A stretch of 64,000 bases of DNA. Source: Eledone cirrhosa (lineage: Eukaryota). The notes beneath the pieces were generated by a model. The model saw only the letters and a list, made by a program, of their open reading frames with translations, was not told the DNA's origin and did no database searches. Numbering within the stretch: the stretch's first letter is position 1; every line of letters starts with the position of its first letter. The position numbers were made by a program, and so were the translations under genes. Shown in pieces: positions 26,937 through 43,664 of this stretch. The DNA is taken from positions 62,310,001 to 62,374,000 of the forward strand of contig OZ024741.1 in NCBI GenBank assembly GCA_964016885.1. Reading direction: 5' to 3'.

Positions 26937-27278
26937 GATATCAATGTGAGTTTACATATAACTTATTGTAGCGTTGTATTATATCCTGTACTGTTTTTGT
27001 TGTTATTGATGAAACTCTGTCAGTTCCAAAGAGGATTGTTTTAGTTGTTCGAACAGTGGGACAGCCTGCTCAGGAAATTAACGTACGAGTGGCTGAGCAT
27101 GCCATAGACACGTGCGCCCTTGAAGCAGTCACGATTAAATCCTGTTCAGATACTAATTTATAGGAAGTTTCAGCTGCATAGTGCACAGTTTAGCACATAT
27201 ACACAGGTACACCTACACGGGGACATATATATATAACAACACCTTGATCACCAACATCAACAACAACAACAATAATAA

Positions 27279-27652
27279 TAATTGTTTCTACTTTTTGGTA
27301 CAAGGCCAGCAAATACCCAGTGCTTTACTGGTACTTTATTTTATCGACCCCGTAAGGATGAAAGGCCAAGTTAACCTCGGCGGGATTTGAACTCAGAATG
27401 GCATGGGCCGTAACTCTATGCGTCAAAGCATGGCGTCCGACCCTCTACCGATACTGCCATCCACCGCCAATACAATAACAATAATAATAATAATAATAAT
27501 TGTTTTTACTTTAGGCACAAGGCCAGCAATTAGACAGTGCATTACTGGTACTTTATTTTATCGACCTCGTAAGGATGAAAGGCAAAGTCAACCTCAGATC
27601 GTAAAGAGACGTAACTATGCTGGAAAGCATGGCGTCCAACCCTCTACCGATA
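27279..27652 (-). mobile_element. Two tandem family A SINEs (27279-27468; 27496-27652 with internal deletion)
   Basis: Family A consensus on the minus strand, separated by (AAT)n. Confidence 0.85.
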
Positions 27653-28593
27653 ATAATAAACAGACGAGACAGAGAAACAAGATTATTAACAGCAAGAAGA
27701 AGAAGAAGAAGAAGAAGAAGAAGAAGAAGAAGAAAAACAACAACAACAATAACAACAATAACAACAACAACAATAACAACAATTATAACAATTGATGGTT
27801 CTTTTGTTGCGATGCGTCGACATATGCTTCAGCATGTAACATATTGCATCTCTGGCTAGACTTGTAGTGATAGGGAGGGTGAGGGGGGGGGGGGAGTGAC
27901 GTCACAGGTTGTGGCATTTGTAGGAGGGGGGATTGGGGAGGGGAGAGATGGTGAGTGCTGTGGGGCGTGGGTTGTGTACTTCAATTTATGTAGTGCAGAA
28001 CTTCCGTCGGTTACAACGACGCGACTTCCATTTGTTCGTGCATCACAACAGCATGCTCGTGAAATCAGCGTAATAAATATTACACAGACACGTGTACCTT
28101 TAACGTATGTCTCAGGAAGATTCAGCGTGACTCAGTGTGTGACATGATTCTCCCTTTGAATTACATGTTGCCTGGAACAACGTGAAACATAGTGTCTGTT
28201 CAAGGACACAACACAACGCCGGGAATCAAACTCACGAACCTGAGCCGAAACTACAACCACTAAACCACGCACCTTTTGTATATATTGTACCTCTAATAAT
28301 CCGAACCTATTTAACTCAGTTGTATATATATATATATATTTAAATGAGCCTTAAGAGTCAGGAGTGCCCCCCCAGCCCCCCAGCCCCCCACCCCACCCAC
28401 CCACGCACCCCACCAGCGTGAACCTGTCTACAGACTCTTAGCTTGAATTTATTTCTGCCTTTGTTACTCTAAATATAGTTTTTAAAGAATTCCCTTTTAT
28501 TTAAATCCATCAACCAATGACTCCACCCATTCCAATCACCACCCTCTTCTACCACCAGAAAGGTATAAATACCACCATGCTCCTTGGACAGCG

Positions 28594-28642
28594 GCTTCCT
28601 GATGATTTCTCCCGAATGAAACAGTTCTAGTCCTGTAGAAGT
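28594..28642 (+). ncRNA. Type I hammerhead ribozyme inside a TA-flanked pLTR-like module (28340-28725)
   Basis: gcttc-CTGATGA(28599-605)-tttc tccc gaat-GAAA(28618-21)-cag ttctagtc ctGTA|gaagt. Stem III is acag/ctgt. TATAAA at 28564 upstream and ATTAAA downstream. Confidence 0.78.
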
Positions 28643-28750
28643 CATTTCTATATTAAATATTTATACTCTGCTATGTATTGAGTACCTTACCCACCTGGTT
28701 ACTCCCGATTGAACCCGGGATAAACTTATATATATATATATATATATATT

Positions 28751-29082
28751 ATCAAGAAAACGAAAAATCAGTGATGCATCTGGACTTAGTTTATTTCGTG
28801 TTACAAATGTTTCGCTGGCATGTAGTTCGAGTCATGGTCCTTGTATGGATCTGGCTGATTCTACTTCTGCGGGTTCTTTCAAACACGTCTGTTATGTCCG
28901 GAGCAAATGTTATCATGAGTGATAACATTTGCTCCGGACATAACAGACGTGTTTGAATGAACCCGCAGAAGTAGAATCAGCCAGATCCATACAAGGACCA
29001 TGACTCGAACTACATGCCAGCGAAACATTTGTAACACGAAATAAACTAAGTCCAGATGCATCACTGATTTTTCGTTTTCTTG
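28751..29082. repeat. ~330-bp near-perfect palindrome plus unique 3' tail (to 29170), inserted in (TA)n
   Basis: Arms 28751-28915 and 28920-29082 are reverse complements with very few differences. Centre is gttatca-tgag-tgataac. Each arm carries a decayed long-stem hammerhead. Confidence 0.92.
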
Positions 29083-29167
29083 ATAATTTATACACTCTAC
29101 TCTGATGAATATCGAGTGCTAATTTTGGCATACCGCCTACGGAAGCACCATAGCTACCACTATACAC

Positions 29168-29216
<49 letters not shown>

Positions 29217-29604
29217 AATGTGCGTGTGTGTCTGTATGTATATAAGTGTTTTTGTTTATCTGCATATATTCCTTTCACACCTTTATTGCGTCTATATCGT
29301 CCAATTGATGGATGCAGCATGGCCTAATGGTTAAGAAATCAAACTCAGGACTTTATGATCATAAAGCGAAAACCCTAAGAACTACGCCTCTCTCCTGCAC
29401 ATGGTATTACAACAGATGTTGTATTGACCATTTAAGTCTATCATTTAATAGACTAGGTACAGTGCCTTCGACGCGCTTCCACATAGTTGCCGACTACCAA
29501 ATACTTCTCATGAGGATTAGGTCTGTACGTGTTTATAGTAGAAGAGAGACAGTTACCCAAGGTGCCGCCCTGTGAGATAAAGCATTTTAGCTGTAAAGTA
29601 AGTC

Positions 29605-29890
29605 TAAAGTCTAAAGCCTGTCTCAATCCCGGAGGCTCATCAGCCTGGCGCTTATCCCGGTTTCCGTGGCATTAAGCGACTGAGAGCACAATCCTCCCCT
29701 TGGACGGACACCGCTCTATCCCAGGGTCAAACTCCCAGCTATTGCTGGCACTCATTTTCAGTTGAATACACTGGAGCAACATGAAATGAAGTGCTGTGCT
29801 GAAGAACACAACACACAACCCAGTCCATGAATCGAACCCACAACGTTATGGTCATAAGTCCAACACCCTTACCACTAAGCCACCCGCTTC
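29605..29890 (-). mobile_element. Older tRNA-derived SINE (family B, CORE-like); fragments also at about 28180-28275, 31150-31385, 36420-36550, 46780-46855 and 56975-57090 (+)
   Basis: Minus-strand head ggtggcttagtggtaaggg...ggttcgatt (A/B boxes), then gtgttcttcagcacagcacttcatttcatgttgctccagt. Confidence 0.7.
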
Positions 29891-30229
29891 CATGTGCTGT
29901 AAAGTAAAGTGGAATGAAATTCTTACACTCTGAGCCATGCAACTCATGACACAAACAACATCAACTGAAACAACAACCACAATGACAACTACAGCAACAG
30001 CATCAGCAACAGCAGCTATGACGATGATACTATTGTTATTGTTAATATTCTTGTTATTGTTTGTTATTTTAACCAAATCAACAGTAATCCATCAGATATA
30101 TCCAGAGTGACTCATCATAATCATAATCCTCAAGATCATCATCATCATCAAAATCATCATCATCATCGTTCAACTGCAGTAGCAGACATCTACAATCCTC
30201 CTCAAACTATTACAGCTCTCATAACCAGT

Positions 30230-30303
<74 letters not shown>

Positions 30304-30344
30304 TATATGCGTGTGTGGCTGTATGTATACATGTTTTTGTTTAT

Positions 30345-30375
<31 letters not shown>

Positions 30376-30387
30376 TCGCTCTCTCTC

Positions 30388-30751
<364 letters not shown>

Positions 30752-31689
30752 TTTCAAATCAACTCGCTGTTTCGAAAATATTCTTACTATATATATATAT
30801 ATATAAATGCGTGTGTGTCTCATCATGATCACCAGCATTGTTCAACTACAGTAGTTGACCACCACAATCCTCTATCATTCATCGCATTCTTCTTAATCGG
30901 ACTTGCTTCTCGTGGACATTTGAATCTCTTAGCGGAATTTGAAATCAGAATGGAAAGTGCCGAGACTATTCACCACCTTAGTAAATTATCCCGTCTCTAT
31001 ATTTTAGACTACATAATCCAATGTTCTTATCATGTTGTTATTTGAGGGAAATATAACGTATTTCGAGCCAGTGAAGTGTCTACTACGTTAAACTCTTGTT
31101 TATGCAGGAATAAAATACACAACACTCCTCGGTAACGACTGAATATGAGTTTGCACCTAGAAAGTTTCTTTCCCACACGCAACACCAGCAGTCAGCTACG
31201 TGTGTCATTCTCCCCTCTCCATAACATCAATGTTGTTGTCTAAGAGAAAAGCCAATTCAGCTTGGCATTAATGATGTCACAACTCGCCTTTTCCAGGTAA
31301 CTTGCTCAAGTATACAACCCTGCGCCGGTACTCGAACTCGTGACCTTAATATCATAAGACGAACAACCTAACCACTAAGCAACGAGTATTTACTAAGGTA
31401 AAATAAATGTCAATCACGAGTGACTAGTGAATGAAGAATGATGAGTGAAGAGTAAGCATTAATGCTGAATGTAATATTAGTAGGCGGTGTACAAGCAGAC
31501 AACAGCTGTTTCCATGACGGGGACCTCAACGAAGTTTTTCACTAGAGGTCAATTTTCTGTAAACCTTTACAACAAATCGATAATTTCATGATTTATTATT
31601 AATTTTATGTTCTATTAATGTCTTAATTCTGCCTGGACGCGATGTTGGCTATACACATACACACACACGCACACACACACACACACATA

Positions 31690-32625
31690 TATATAAATGT
31701 AAAAGAAATCAAAGAACGCCTACATACTCATACAATTTTTATTTACTAACAATGTTTCATCCATACCATTAGGCAGGAATCATCAGAGCTTTAAAAATAA
31801 AATTACAATGCTGAGTATAGGCTCTACCGAGCTTCGTCACATGAATATTAGAAATACAATACAGGGCAACCAGAGGGAGATCGGAAATGGTGAGTATTGA
31901 GAGAGTGCATAGTGGGGTTGTTATTCAGCACTACAGCTAAATGCAATGGTACAGACAGATTTTTTCAAGATGCAGAAGCACGTGAGGGCACACAAAAGCA
32001 AAAAATATAAACAATAGTTAAAATATAAATAATAAAGTAAAAGCAAATTAATAATATAAAGAGATTAAAAAATTTTTTTTAAAGAATAAAGAAAAAGTTT
32101 TTTAAGACGCATAAAAAACAGAAGATATGCGTTGGTCACTATATATAACAGGTGATTTAGTTCTCCATAACTTAGAATTATAGAAATACTAAAAGGCTCC
32201 CAAGGTACCTTCAGAAATCCTAATTGGGATTTTATTCATCCCCATAGTATACATAATCAAAGTATACTAGTAGGTTACGGAATTATGTGGACCATGGGTG
32301 CTATACCTGTATGTATACATGCACCACATAAATAAATACAGGCTAAACACGAGCAAAGCAGGGTTATTGCATGATCAGGCTAAAGCAAATGACATAACAA
32401 AAATGGTTAAGTCCCTAAAAAACACACATCTGGCGAGGAGACACAACATATTCATATCTACCGAAGAGGCTATAAAGATAGTGGATTATCAGTAGATAGT
32501 AATACGGTCCAGGGTTTACAACATATGTAGATGGTCCTTAAAGTTCAAACCAGTCGCCAAAACAAAACCTCACATATAGTAACATGCAATACAGGTTGAA
32601 TACATGCATCAAAAAAATCCCCACA
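31690..32625 (-). mobile_element. Highly decayed Penelope-like element 3' end with hammerhead
   Basis: TA-flanked. Minus-strand translation near 32520-32600 (TCIACYYM*GFVLATGLNFKDHLHM) loosely resembles a GIY-YIG YIG.T...FK.RL..H motif. Hammerhead at 31745-31789. Confidence 0.45.
31745..31789 (-). ncRNA. Type I hammerhead ribozyme candidate
   Basis: Minus strand reads gct-CTGATGA-ttcctgcc taat ggtatggat-GAAA-cattGTT|agt-aaataaa. Stems I and III are short. Confidence 0.62.
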
Positions 32626-33173
32626 TATATATATATATTTGAGAAAAAAGAAAATAATGACTTCACTTGTAGTGTTAACAAATTTTGATTTTATTTCATA
32701 ATATTATAATATTATGAGTTGGTGGATCCAGTAAGTTCTTTATTAACTTCGGTGGGAAGAATTTTAAAGATTCCTGGTTAACTTGGGTTGGAGAACTTTC
32801 TCGCATTCATCTGTCTCTGGCGATTGTCAAACTGAGATCAGGTTGTGTTGAAATGTGTGACTATATATAAGAGAGATTTGGATGTGTTTGGGGTGTGGTG
32901 TTAATGAGTGTTGATGATGATGAAGGTCCGGAGGAATTAAAGCATACATACATACACACAGACACACACAGACATACACACACACATATATATACACACT
33001 CAGAAAATGCACTAACTTTGATTGTCTCTTCACTTGGTCCTCGCTACCAAAGTCAGGCAGATTGTTCCGTAAGATTTTCCTCCTTCTACATTTCATATAT
33101 TTAGCCCAGTTATCATTCAGCGCGTTCTTAAATTCATCTATTAAAGACATAGAAACGGACCATGGCTGTGTTT

Positions 33174-33256
<83 letters not shown>

Positions 33257-33267
33257 ATGATAATAAT

Positions 33268-33886
33268 GATTTCATTTATTGGCCACAAGGGCCGACATAT
33301 AGGGGACAATACAAAAGATTGGGACAGTGAGGGTTTTACAGAAAAATCGAGTAAACAATATGAATAACAATAACAAAGTAACAATAAAAATACAACAAGA
33401 AAAATTCCCCAATAGAGGGGATGACCACTCAGGGTTCGCTCAGGTACCCCACCAATCCTGAACGACCCGACGCTTCGAGAGCACCCTGGAAGGGCACCCC
33501 TCTCCTCCTAAAATTTACCCACCTACAACCGTATGACCAGAGTAGGCCCACTCACACGGGCCATTCTCGCCACATTCACCCACCTTTCAGCAAATGTACT
33601 GGGGGGGGGGGGGGCATCACTTCTCTTTCCACCCTCACCTTCCTTTCCAAGTGAAACTTGAAAAAGTTGATGAGAGATTGGCCGAAAAGAAAAGTGTCTG
33701 TCTTCAGTCCTTTTAACCTCGTCCATCATACAACCTCTTTCGCTACTGCCACCAGACAGAGGAACATTTCCTGCTCTTCCTGGCCAAAAGAAAGCGGTGG
33801 GTTGATCTTCACTATGGACTCGGCCGATAGACGGATCCGTTCTACACGCGACAACAGCTGTTCGACATAACTCCAAAAGTCAGTAA
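33268..33886 (-). mobile_element. Tx1/L1-clade LINE, copy 3 (3' end only)
   Basis: ORFs 33523-33876 and 33726-33932 match the ORF2 C-terminus of copies 1 and 2. 3' UTR has AATAAA. 5' junction lies in the (ATT) tail of the adjacent SINE. Confidence 0.88.
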
Positions 33887-33896
33887 GTAGTGAAGA

Positions 33897-34266
33897 TAAT
33901 AATGGTTTCTGATTTAGGCACAAGGCTAACAAATTTTGGGGGAGAATAAACTCGATTAAATCGACGCCAGTGCATTACTGGTATTTAATTTTATCAACTT
34001 CAGAAGTATAAAAGATAAAGTTGAGCTAGGGGAATCTAAACTAACAATATAAAGAGTCGTAATTAAATACCGTAATCGTATTTTGCCTGACGTTCTATTA
34101 ATCCTACAAATCCATCATCGAATAATAATTGTTTCTACTTTTGGCACAAGGCCAGCAAATACCCGCGTGCTTACTGGTGCTTTATTTTATAGAACCCCGG
34201 CGGGATTAACCTCGGCGTGATTTGAGCTCAGAACGCAAAGGTCCATAACTCTATGCCACAAAGCAT
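33897..34266 (-). mobile_element. Two family A SINE copies (diverged 33897-34120; partial 34125-34266)
   Basis: Family A tail and core motifs. Confidence 0.72.
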
Positions 34267-34684
34267 AAAAATAATGGTTTCTTTCAGTTTTATTATATTG
34301 CTACTTCTTTTCTTTTCTCTTTGACTTTTTGATTTTATGTTACATTTTACATAATGTTCAGTGACACACATACAGACATAGTTGTATACCCCAAGAGAAC
34401 TCTTACTATCAAGTGATATAGTTACGGCGTGGCGAGTAAAGGCCGCCTTTAAAAAAGCTTAGTTTCACGTGTCTGCGAAATGTACCAAATTAGTAACTAG
34501 CGCGAATAAGACCACCAAAACCCTGCAATATTTCCATAAACACTAACTACCTGAGATGAAGTGATTGGAATGAATGGTGATCCTAAACTAAATACCAATG
34601 GAAAGGCTTTAGAATTTTAGTTCTTCAGGCACAAAGTCATCCACAAATATATATGGTATAAGGAGAATCGGGACAGAGATAAAA

Positions 34685-34860
34685 AAATTGATTTTGTTAT
34701 TGTATCTGATGCCTTCGATTCTGTGCTGGATGCTCATGTTAAGAGAGGAGCTGAGCTGTCAACTGATCACCATCTATTTATCTGCAGCCTGAGAATACTT
34801 AAGCTAAGAATAACCACAAAACTTTCAGTTCCAGCGACCTACAAAATATGTTGGGGCGCG
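34685..34860 (+). mobile_element. Small LINE (RTE-like) endonuclease fragment
   Basis: Translates IDFVIVSD...VLDAHVKRGAELSTDHHL, the APE C-terminal (S/T)DH motif. Confidence 0.65.
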
Positions 34861-34928
34861 CATAATGTTTTCGCAACATTAGAACTTTAAAGAATGTTTC
34901 CAGTCCGGCCTCCTGTCGTTTTTAAATG

Positions 34929-35036
<108 letters not shown>

Positions 35037-36289
35037 TTTCGTTTCTGAATTTGTTTAGCAAGATTCTTTATCTGAAAACGTGTGTTGAAGCCGATATTGT
35101 TATACTTTGGGAGGGTCATGTTGCCAATAAGAAACACACGCACCAGTTGCTTTCACTCGAATTTATTATAAATTAAATTTATGAATTTCCGGTTGGTTGG
35201 TTGGTTCCACAACCGGGCGGTTGTTCATATATTGTCAAAGTTCTTTCGTCACACATTCTGTCACCTCTTCAGTGACTGGGGATTCTTCTCTTTGTTTTGT
35301 GCCTCTCCTTTGTTCTGTCCTACGCCATCTTGTTTTTGTGTGTGTTCACACAACCGTAAAGGGCCGTAACTCTATGCTGTAAACCATAGCCTCTAACCTT
35401 CTACTGATACTGCTAATCCACTATGTAATCTTATACAATAGGTTCGAATTTATGCCGTTTCTGCAACTTTAGAACTGTCGATCACTAGGTAATACTAATA
35501 TTTTCTTAGGTGTTTTAAACTATTATATATATACCATTTTATGGTATATATATAATATATGGTATATATATATATAACATATATAATATGGGCCAACAGT
35601 ACATTGTTTTTATATATACATGCACACCTACATATGCATTATATATATATATATACTGTATATATATATACACACACATATACACATACTTAAAAACAGC
35701 TGCAATCATGTATATATATACACATATACATACTTGTGCATGCCAATATACATATATAACCACATACATACATATATAGATGCATACATACATTGGAGCC
35801 ACACGAGCTTACACGCGGTACCAACAGTAGAATAAACGTCTTGCTATTGTACCCAGTTTAAAAGAATGCTCTGTCTTGGTTACGTGTGTAAAAATACTGT
35901 TTCTTGCCACCCTACCCACCCCTATCTACTCAGATCTACCCAGATCTACCCGTATTTGTGTTGTAACCCTTAAACAAAGCCCACCTTTATAGATGGCCTC
36001 AATTTTATATCCCACCTCCAAAAAACAAACGGGAAGGGGGTGACAAAATAAACAATCACCACAACAGCAACGGCAATAACAACCACAGTAACAACATACA
36101 CTAAGAGCCCAACAACAGCAGCAACAACGCCAACAACAAAAGAAAAACAGCGACAGCAACAACCACAACATTACAACAATAGTCTCAACAACAAAACACA
36201 TTTCTGCATCCTTTCACTTACACTGCTAGAACTCTTACCACACAGCCAAACCGGAGCCGATTCCAATAGTGTTGCTGTTGCTGCTGCTG

Positions 36290-36320
<31 letters not shown>

Positions 36321-37204
36321 AACTACCACTACCACTACCACTACTACTACTACTACTACTACTAGTACTACTACTACTATGTGGCAAGGCAAAGCCAATA
36401 TAGCTTCGAACCAGTATCGTCACAACTTATTTATCACGGCTGAGTCGGCTGGAGCAACGTTAAATATATCTTGCTCAACGACAGAACGTGCAATAGGGAA
36501 GCAACTTGCGACCTTATGATAGTGAACCGAACAACGAAACCAAGCGCCTTTACGCCTTTCTCAATGTATCGCCATATACTTAGTTATATGAGTATGGTAG
36601 TTTGCTTGAAGCATTGTAGAGTGTAGAAAATAGCCTTTTGCTTGAAAGTTACCTGAAAAGTAACAAAAAGCGTACAGCTCGATAATAGTTTCTTCTATAA
36701 ATCTTTTCCTGAAGGGATTTTATCCCGAAATATTAGGACCTATAAAGAACAGCAAGGTAACATCCCCGCATCCTTGTCATTATCATATTTTTAACATTTC
36801 CCTTTCCAGTTCACTTTGTGGTAGGCTTCAAACAAATCATTATTTTCTACACTCAGCTATATATTGATGTCTGCATTTGCAAATGATATTTCTTCTTTGA
36901 GAACATCTTAACAACACGGTCACACACACACACACAGACACCCACACAGACACACACATACACACACACACGCACACTCACACACACACAAATACACACA
37001 CACAGGCGCGCACATGCACACACACACACACTTGCTCACAAACATGCACACAAACACACACGCACACATACGTGCTTATATATATGTGTGCGTTTGTAAA
37101 TGTGTGCGCGCGGACGTGTATGTGTGTATGTGCATGCGTGTTTGCATATAAGATATATAATGTTATACTGATGCACACACACACACACACATATATATAT
37201 TTAA

Positions 37205-37945
37205 ATATCCTCTTCTTCGGCCGAGTTTAGATTCGTGAAGATTCAGCACGCTTTCTCCAATCGTCTCGGTCGAGCATGACATTTCTCACTTCATCGATGT
37301 TATCAATGTTGGCATCTCTCAGCAGGATATCAATAAATGAGACGGCCTATCTTCCTACGCTTCTTCGTCCAACCGCCGGTTTCCAGAGCACAAATTGTGA
37401 TGCTGTCTCTTCTGGATGACGGATGCAGTGCCCAGCCAGTTTCATTCGTCGGCAGGCTACTCTTTTTGAGACTGGTGGTAGTGATCAGTATAGTTCTTTA
37501 TTTGTCAGCTTCTGTTTCCAAGAAATGTTGAAAGCCATTCTCAGCATCCTCGTATAACATCCGTCAGGTCTCTTGCATAGCACTTTGTCGATAGTCCACG
37601 TTTCACTGCCGTAAAGCAGGACGGATTCAACAGTTGCTCCTTGATTTTGCGGTTCTCGCAGGTGTTCTCCAAGGCGATACGCTTGCACTCTTCCTATTTG
37701 CAATTGTCCTCGATTATGCAATGAGACAGGCCATTCATGGGAAGGAAGAAGAGTTGGGTTTCAAATTGGATCGAAGGAGAAGGTGTCGTCACCATCAAAA
37801 AGTTGTCACTGACACAGACTTCACCGATGACATTGCCTTGATCGCAGAGGAAATCAGCCAAGCTCAAACACTGTTCACACGTATCGAGGTTGAATCAGGC
37901 AAAATAGGACTGCATCTCAATGCAAAGAAGACCGAAATCATGCAC
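37205..37945. mobile_element. RTE-like LINE fragment with 5' inversion: 3' end on minus strand (37205-37633), RT segment on plus strand (37634-37945)
   Basis: Minus strand: [29 protein letters not shown]. Plus strand: [32 protein letters not shown]. Head-to-head junction, with (TA)n on both sides. Confidence 0.85.
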
Positions 37946-39870
<1,925 letters not shown>

Positions 39871-40084
39871 TATCATCAGCAAATTTCAAGTTTCAAACAC
39901 CTCGTATTTCACATCAACGAGAGAATATGCTCCGAAATCATTAGACGTGTCCGTCGAACCTGCGGGTCCAGAATCAGACAGATCCACACAATGATCGCGT
40001 CTCGAGCTGTCCGTAAGCGAAATAATTGTAACACAATAAATTGAGTTCAGATGCATCACTCATTTTTCGTTTTCTATTCTATTC

Positions 40085-40144
40085 TCTATTATACATATTT
40101 CAGGGATACCATATTAAAAATATGGCATGCCTTCGTCAGATAAA
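40085..40144 (-). ncRNA. Type I hammerhead ribozyme (left arm of IR 40089-40687)
   Basis: Minus strand: tttat-CTGACGA-aggcatgccatatt ttt aatatggtatccct-GAAA-tatgtATA|atag. Confidence 0.75.
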
Positions 40145-40221
40145 ATACAATATATAAACTGTTTTATAAATAATTTTGACGTACCATAAATATAATATTT
40201 TTTCTCCCTCTTTCTTTTACT

Positions 40222-40252
<31 letters not shown>

Positions 40253-40630
40253 ATTTTCTCGTCATCTCCATTTTTTTCTTTCTCTCCGTCTCTTCTCTAA
40301 CTGTGCATAACACAATAACTAAATAATTACCGTACTCCCTCTCTCTTAAATCTCTCTATTTGTATGGTGAATTATTATTATTCATCTGTTGACTTCGGTT
40401 GCCTCTCTTTTTTCACCTCCTCCTTCTTTCTCTCTCCCCTATTTCTCTCTATTTCTCTCTGTTTTTCTTTACATACATTTCTTCTTTCTCTCCGTCTTTC
40501 TTTCTAACTGTGCTTAACACTATAACTAAATAATTATAAATACCTCACTACCAAGCCAGTTTCCTACCTTAATGGTGGCTTATATTTATAGTAGGTCAAA
40601 ATTATTTATAAAACAGTTTATATATTGTAT

Positions 40631-40690
40631 TTTATCTGACGAAGGCATGCCATATTTTTAATATGGTATCCCTGAAATATGTATAATGAA
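40631..40690 (+). ncRNA. Type I hammerhead ribozyme (right arm of IR)
   Basis: tttat-CTGACGA(40636-42)-long stem II-GAAA(40674-77)-tatgtATA|atgaa. AATAAA at 40689-40694. Confidence 0.8.
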
Positions 40691-40742
40691 ATAAATATGG
40701 TTTTATAAATATAGTTTCCATTTGTTTACTATCGTATATATA

Positions 40743-40995
<253 letters not shown>

Positions 40996-41213
40996 CCAGT
41001 TGTTGAGTAATAATATATTGCTGTAGACGGTACCTCGTTGAACACTGTATACATTTACTTGAATCGGATATTCCGGGTTAAAGATGTGTATTAACGCCAA
41101 TATTTGTAATCGACTAAGGCTACTGTCTGGTCATTTTTGAAACATGCTTTACGCGTGACTACGAATAAAGTAAGTTAAACTGAAAGTTCTTTATATATAT
41201 ATATATATATATA

Positions 41214-42007
41214 AACGGAAAAAAATGAAACGAAATTTCATTTCTCACTCTTAGTACGGCTGTTACTTATATATAAGTATGTATACATACATACATATAT
41301 GTATACAGACGTACAGTAGTATGTATATATATATACATACATGCACACATATATATATGTACGTATGGATTCGCCGAACATTTATTATAATGCTCCGTGT
41401 GTTTGTAAACAAACATCCCGTATTAAGCAGTACAGTGTCTAGCAACCATCGTTGCTCATTTGTTCAACACTGACAAAGGAACGCTGGACTAGTTTCAAGC
41501 TTATTAGCTATCGTCAGCAACGTATACCTTCCTGCCAGATGATTGAATGTCTGAAAGTATATACTTTCCTTATGCATATTAACGATTTAAGTAACAGCCG
41601 TACTAAGAGTGAGAAATGAAATTTCGTTTCATTTTTTCCGTTTATCGTTTTCGGTACCCGGCCGATTAACTCACTCGATATGCAAATTAGGCTGCTCAGC
41701 CGTTAATATGCATAAGGAAAGTATATACTTTCAGGCATTCAATCATCTGGCAGGAAGGTATACGTTGCTGACGATAGCTAATAAGCTTGAAACTAGTACA
41801 GCGTTCCTTTGTCAGTGTTGAACAAATGAGCAACGATGGTTGCTAGACACTGTACGACTTAATACGAGATGTTTGTTTACAAATACACCGAGCATTATAA
41901 TAATTGTTCGGTGAATCCATACGTACATATATATATGTGTGCATGTATGTATATATATACACATACTACTGTACGTCTGTATACATATATGTATGTACGT
42001 ATACATA

Positions 42008-42015
<8 letters not shown>
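41214..42015. repeat. Interleaved double inverted repeat (A-B-A'-spacer-B') between (TA)n tracts
   Basis: 41214-41266 is the reverse complement of 41590-41643. 41266-41584 is the reverse complement of 41701-42015. Confidence 0.9.
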
Positions 42016-42066
<51 letters not shown>

Positions 42067-42326
42067 GGCATGTATACGAAAATATACATAAACATATACT
42101 GTATGTTTATATACAACAAACAAATGAGTAGCCTCGCCAAATATATGTATATGTGTGTGTTTATATAAACACCCCTATTATCCTTAAACGCTGTCTTAGT
42201 TCTGCTGCCAACACACACAGACACACACATATATATATATATAATATGATATATATATATAAATATGTGTGTGTGTGTGTGTATGTGTGTGTGTTTGTGT
42301 GAGTGTGTGTGTGTTTGAGCGTGTGT

Positions 42327-42433
<107 letters not shown>

Positions 42434-43664
42434 GTTGTGTGTGTGTGTGTGTGTGTGTTATTAACATCGATTTAATGTTTAAGCAATTAATTTCTAAGCG
42501 GGATCATTTGAAACTAAGAAAAATAAATCAGTAGACGCAGAAGTCGTAAGAAACTCTCAGGAGAGTCGGACAGCAGAAGGTCTTCAGAGAAGACACCCTA
42601 CTTTTGTAAGTGTTTCGTTCCTTAACTTCTAAGGGCCAATGTTAATATCTAAAAAAAATAAGACCAAATATTGTAGTGAGAAAATAGCAAGATATAATAG
42701 TGATGCGTGAGAATGTTTTCTTGAGATGAGCGAAATGTATATAACGAGAATTACGTCTTTATATGGAGTAGAAAGAACAAATTGTGGTTATGAAAAAATC
42801 ATATGACATTCCAGCACTTTGCGCCTCTCTATGTGCACACACTACATATAAATCAAATTTTTAAACTAGTATATAATCAATGACATTTTTAGATCTTGCT
42901 TGCATCCAAGCTGTTTTATATTTATTTTTCTGCTGAAAGAAAGTGATAATACGAGTTGCTGTTCAGTGCAAACGTAAGGAGTGAAACACCATTTCAGTTA
43001 CATTTTCCTACACTATGTTTACATAAGGTAAGCCATATTATGAAATCAGATTCAATCCTCAAATTGAAGTAACCCATAATTACTAGCTTACCAGCAGCTG
43101 GCATATTTCACACTAATTTTCCAAGTTCGTTGTTGAATTGTTCAATAGATTCTTCTAGGTGTGAGCTTATGTGAGCATAAACACAATTTGTTTTGTCAAT
43201 TGACCACAGTAGTAGGAGAACGACAAGGCTCAGCCTGTAGAGCGATGGGGCGATATTGAGCCAGACCTGTTCATCTGATGTTCCCAAGTCTGAGGTTCTC
43301 AAGTCCTTATCGCCCTTCAATTTAGTTTAAAGCACATTTTAAGGTTACTGTCCACCATACAGCTGATGTTAACTGAGCTTGTAGTGTACAAGAAGTACCT
43401 GAGCAGTTGAACATATTTTGAGTGGACATAGCTTGCAATTCTTGACCACAGAGGATTTCATTGGTGTGGCATATGAAATGACAAGACAAAGAAATGCTGG
43501 AGCCTCAGGTTATTTTATTTCACAGCTTACCATCTCCTGGACTAGTTCCCATAACCAAGCTATAGAGTATAGTTTACCATACAAATTAGAGATTACTGAT
43601 AGTACATCCCTATTAAGGGGACCCACAGCAATAAGAGACTTGGTATTATATCAGAGTAATAAAA

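Noticed and set aside
29102-29160. CTGATGA in the tail of the 28.9-kb palindrome
   Set aside because: No GAAA, stem III or stem I partner can be found, so it is not called a ribozyme.
36705-36740. CTGAA-gggat ttt atccc-GAAA-taTTA|gga
   Set aside because: Looks like a hammerhead with a 2-nt core deletion. Counted only as a decayed remnant, not annotated as functional.
43108-43660. Moderately complex sequence with short ORFs, a possible host exon or LTR-element remnant
   Set aside because: No recognisable motif in any frame and stops in the longer frames. A translated search would be needed.
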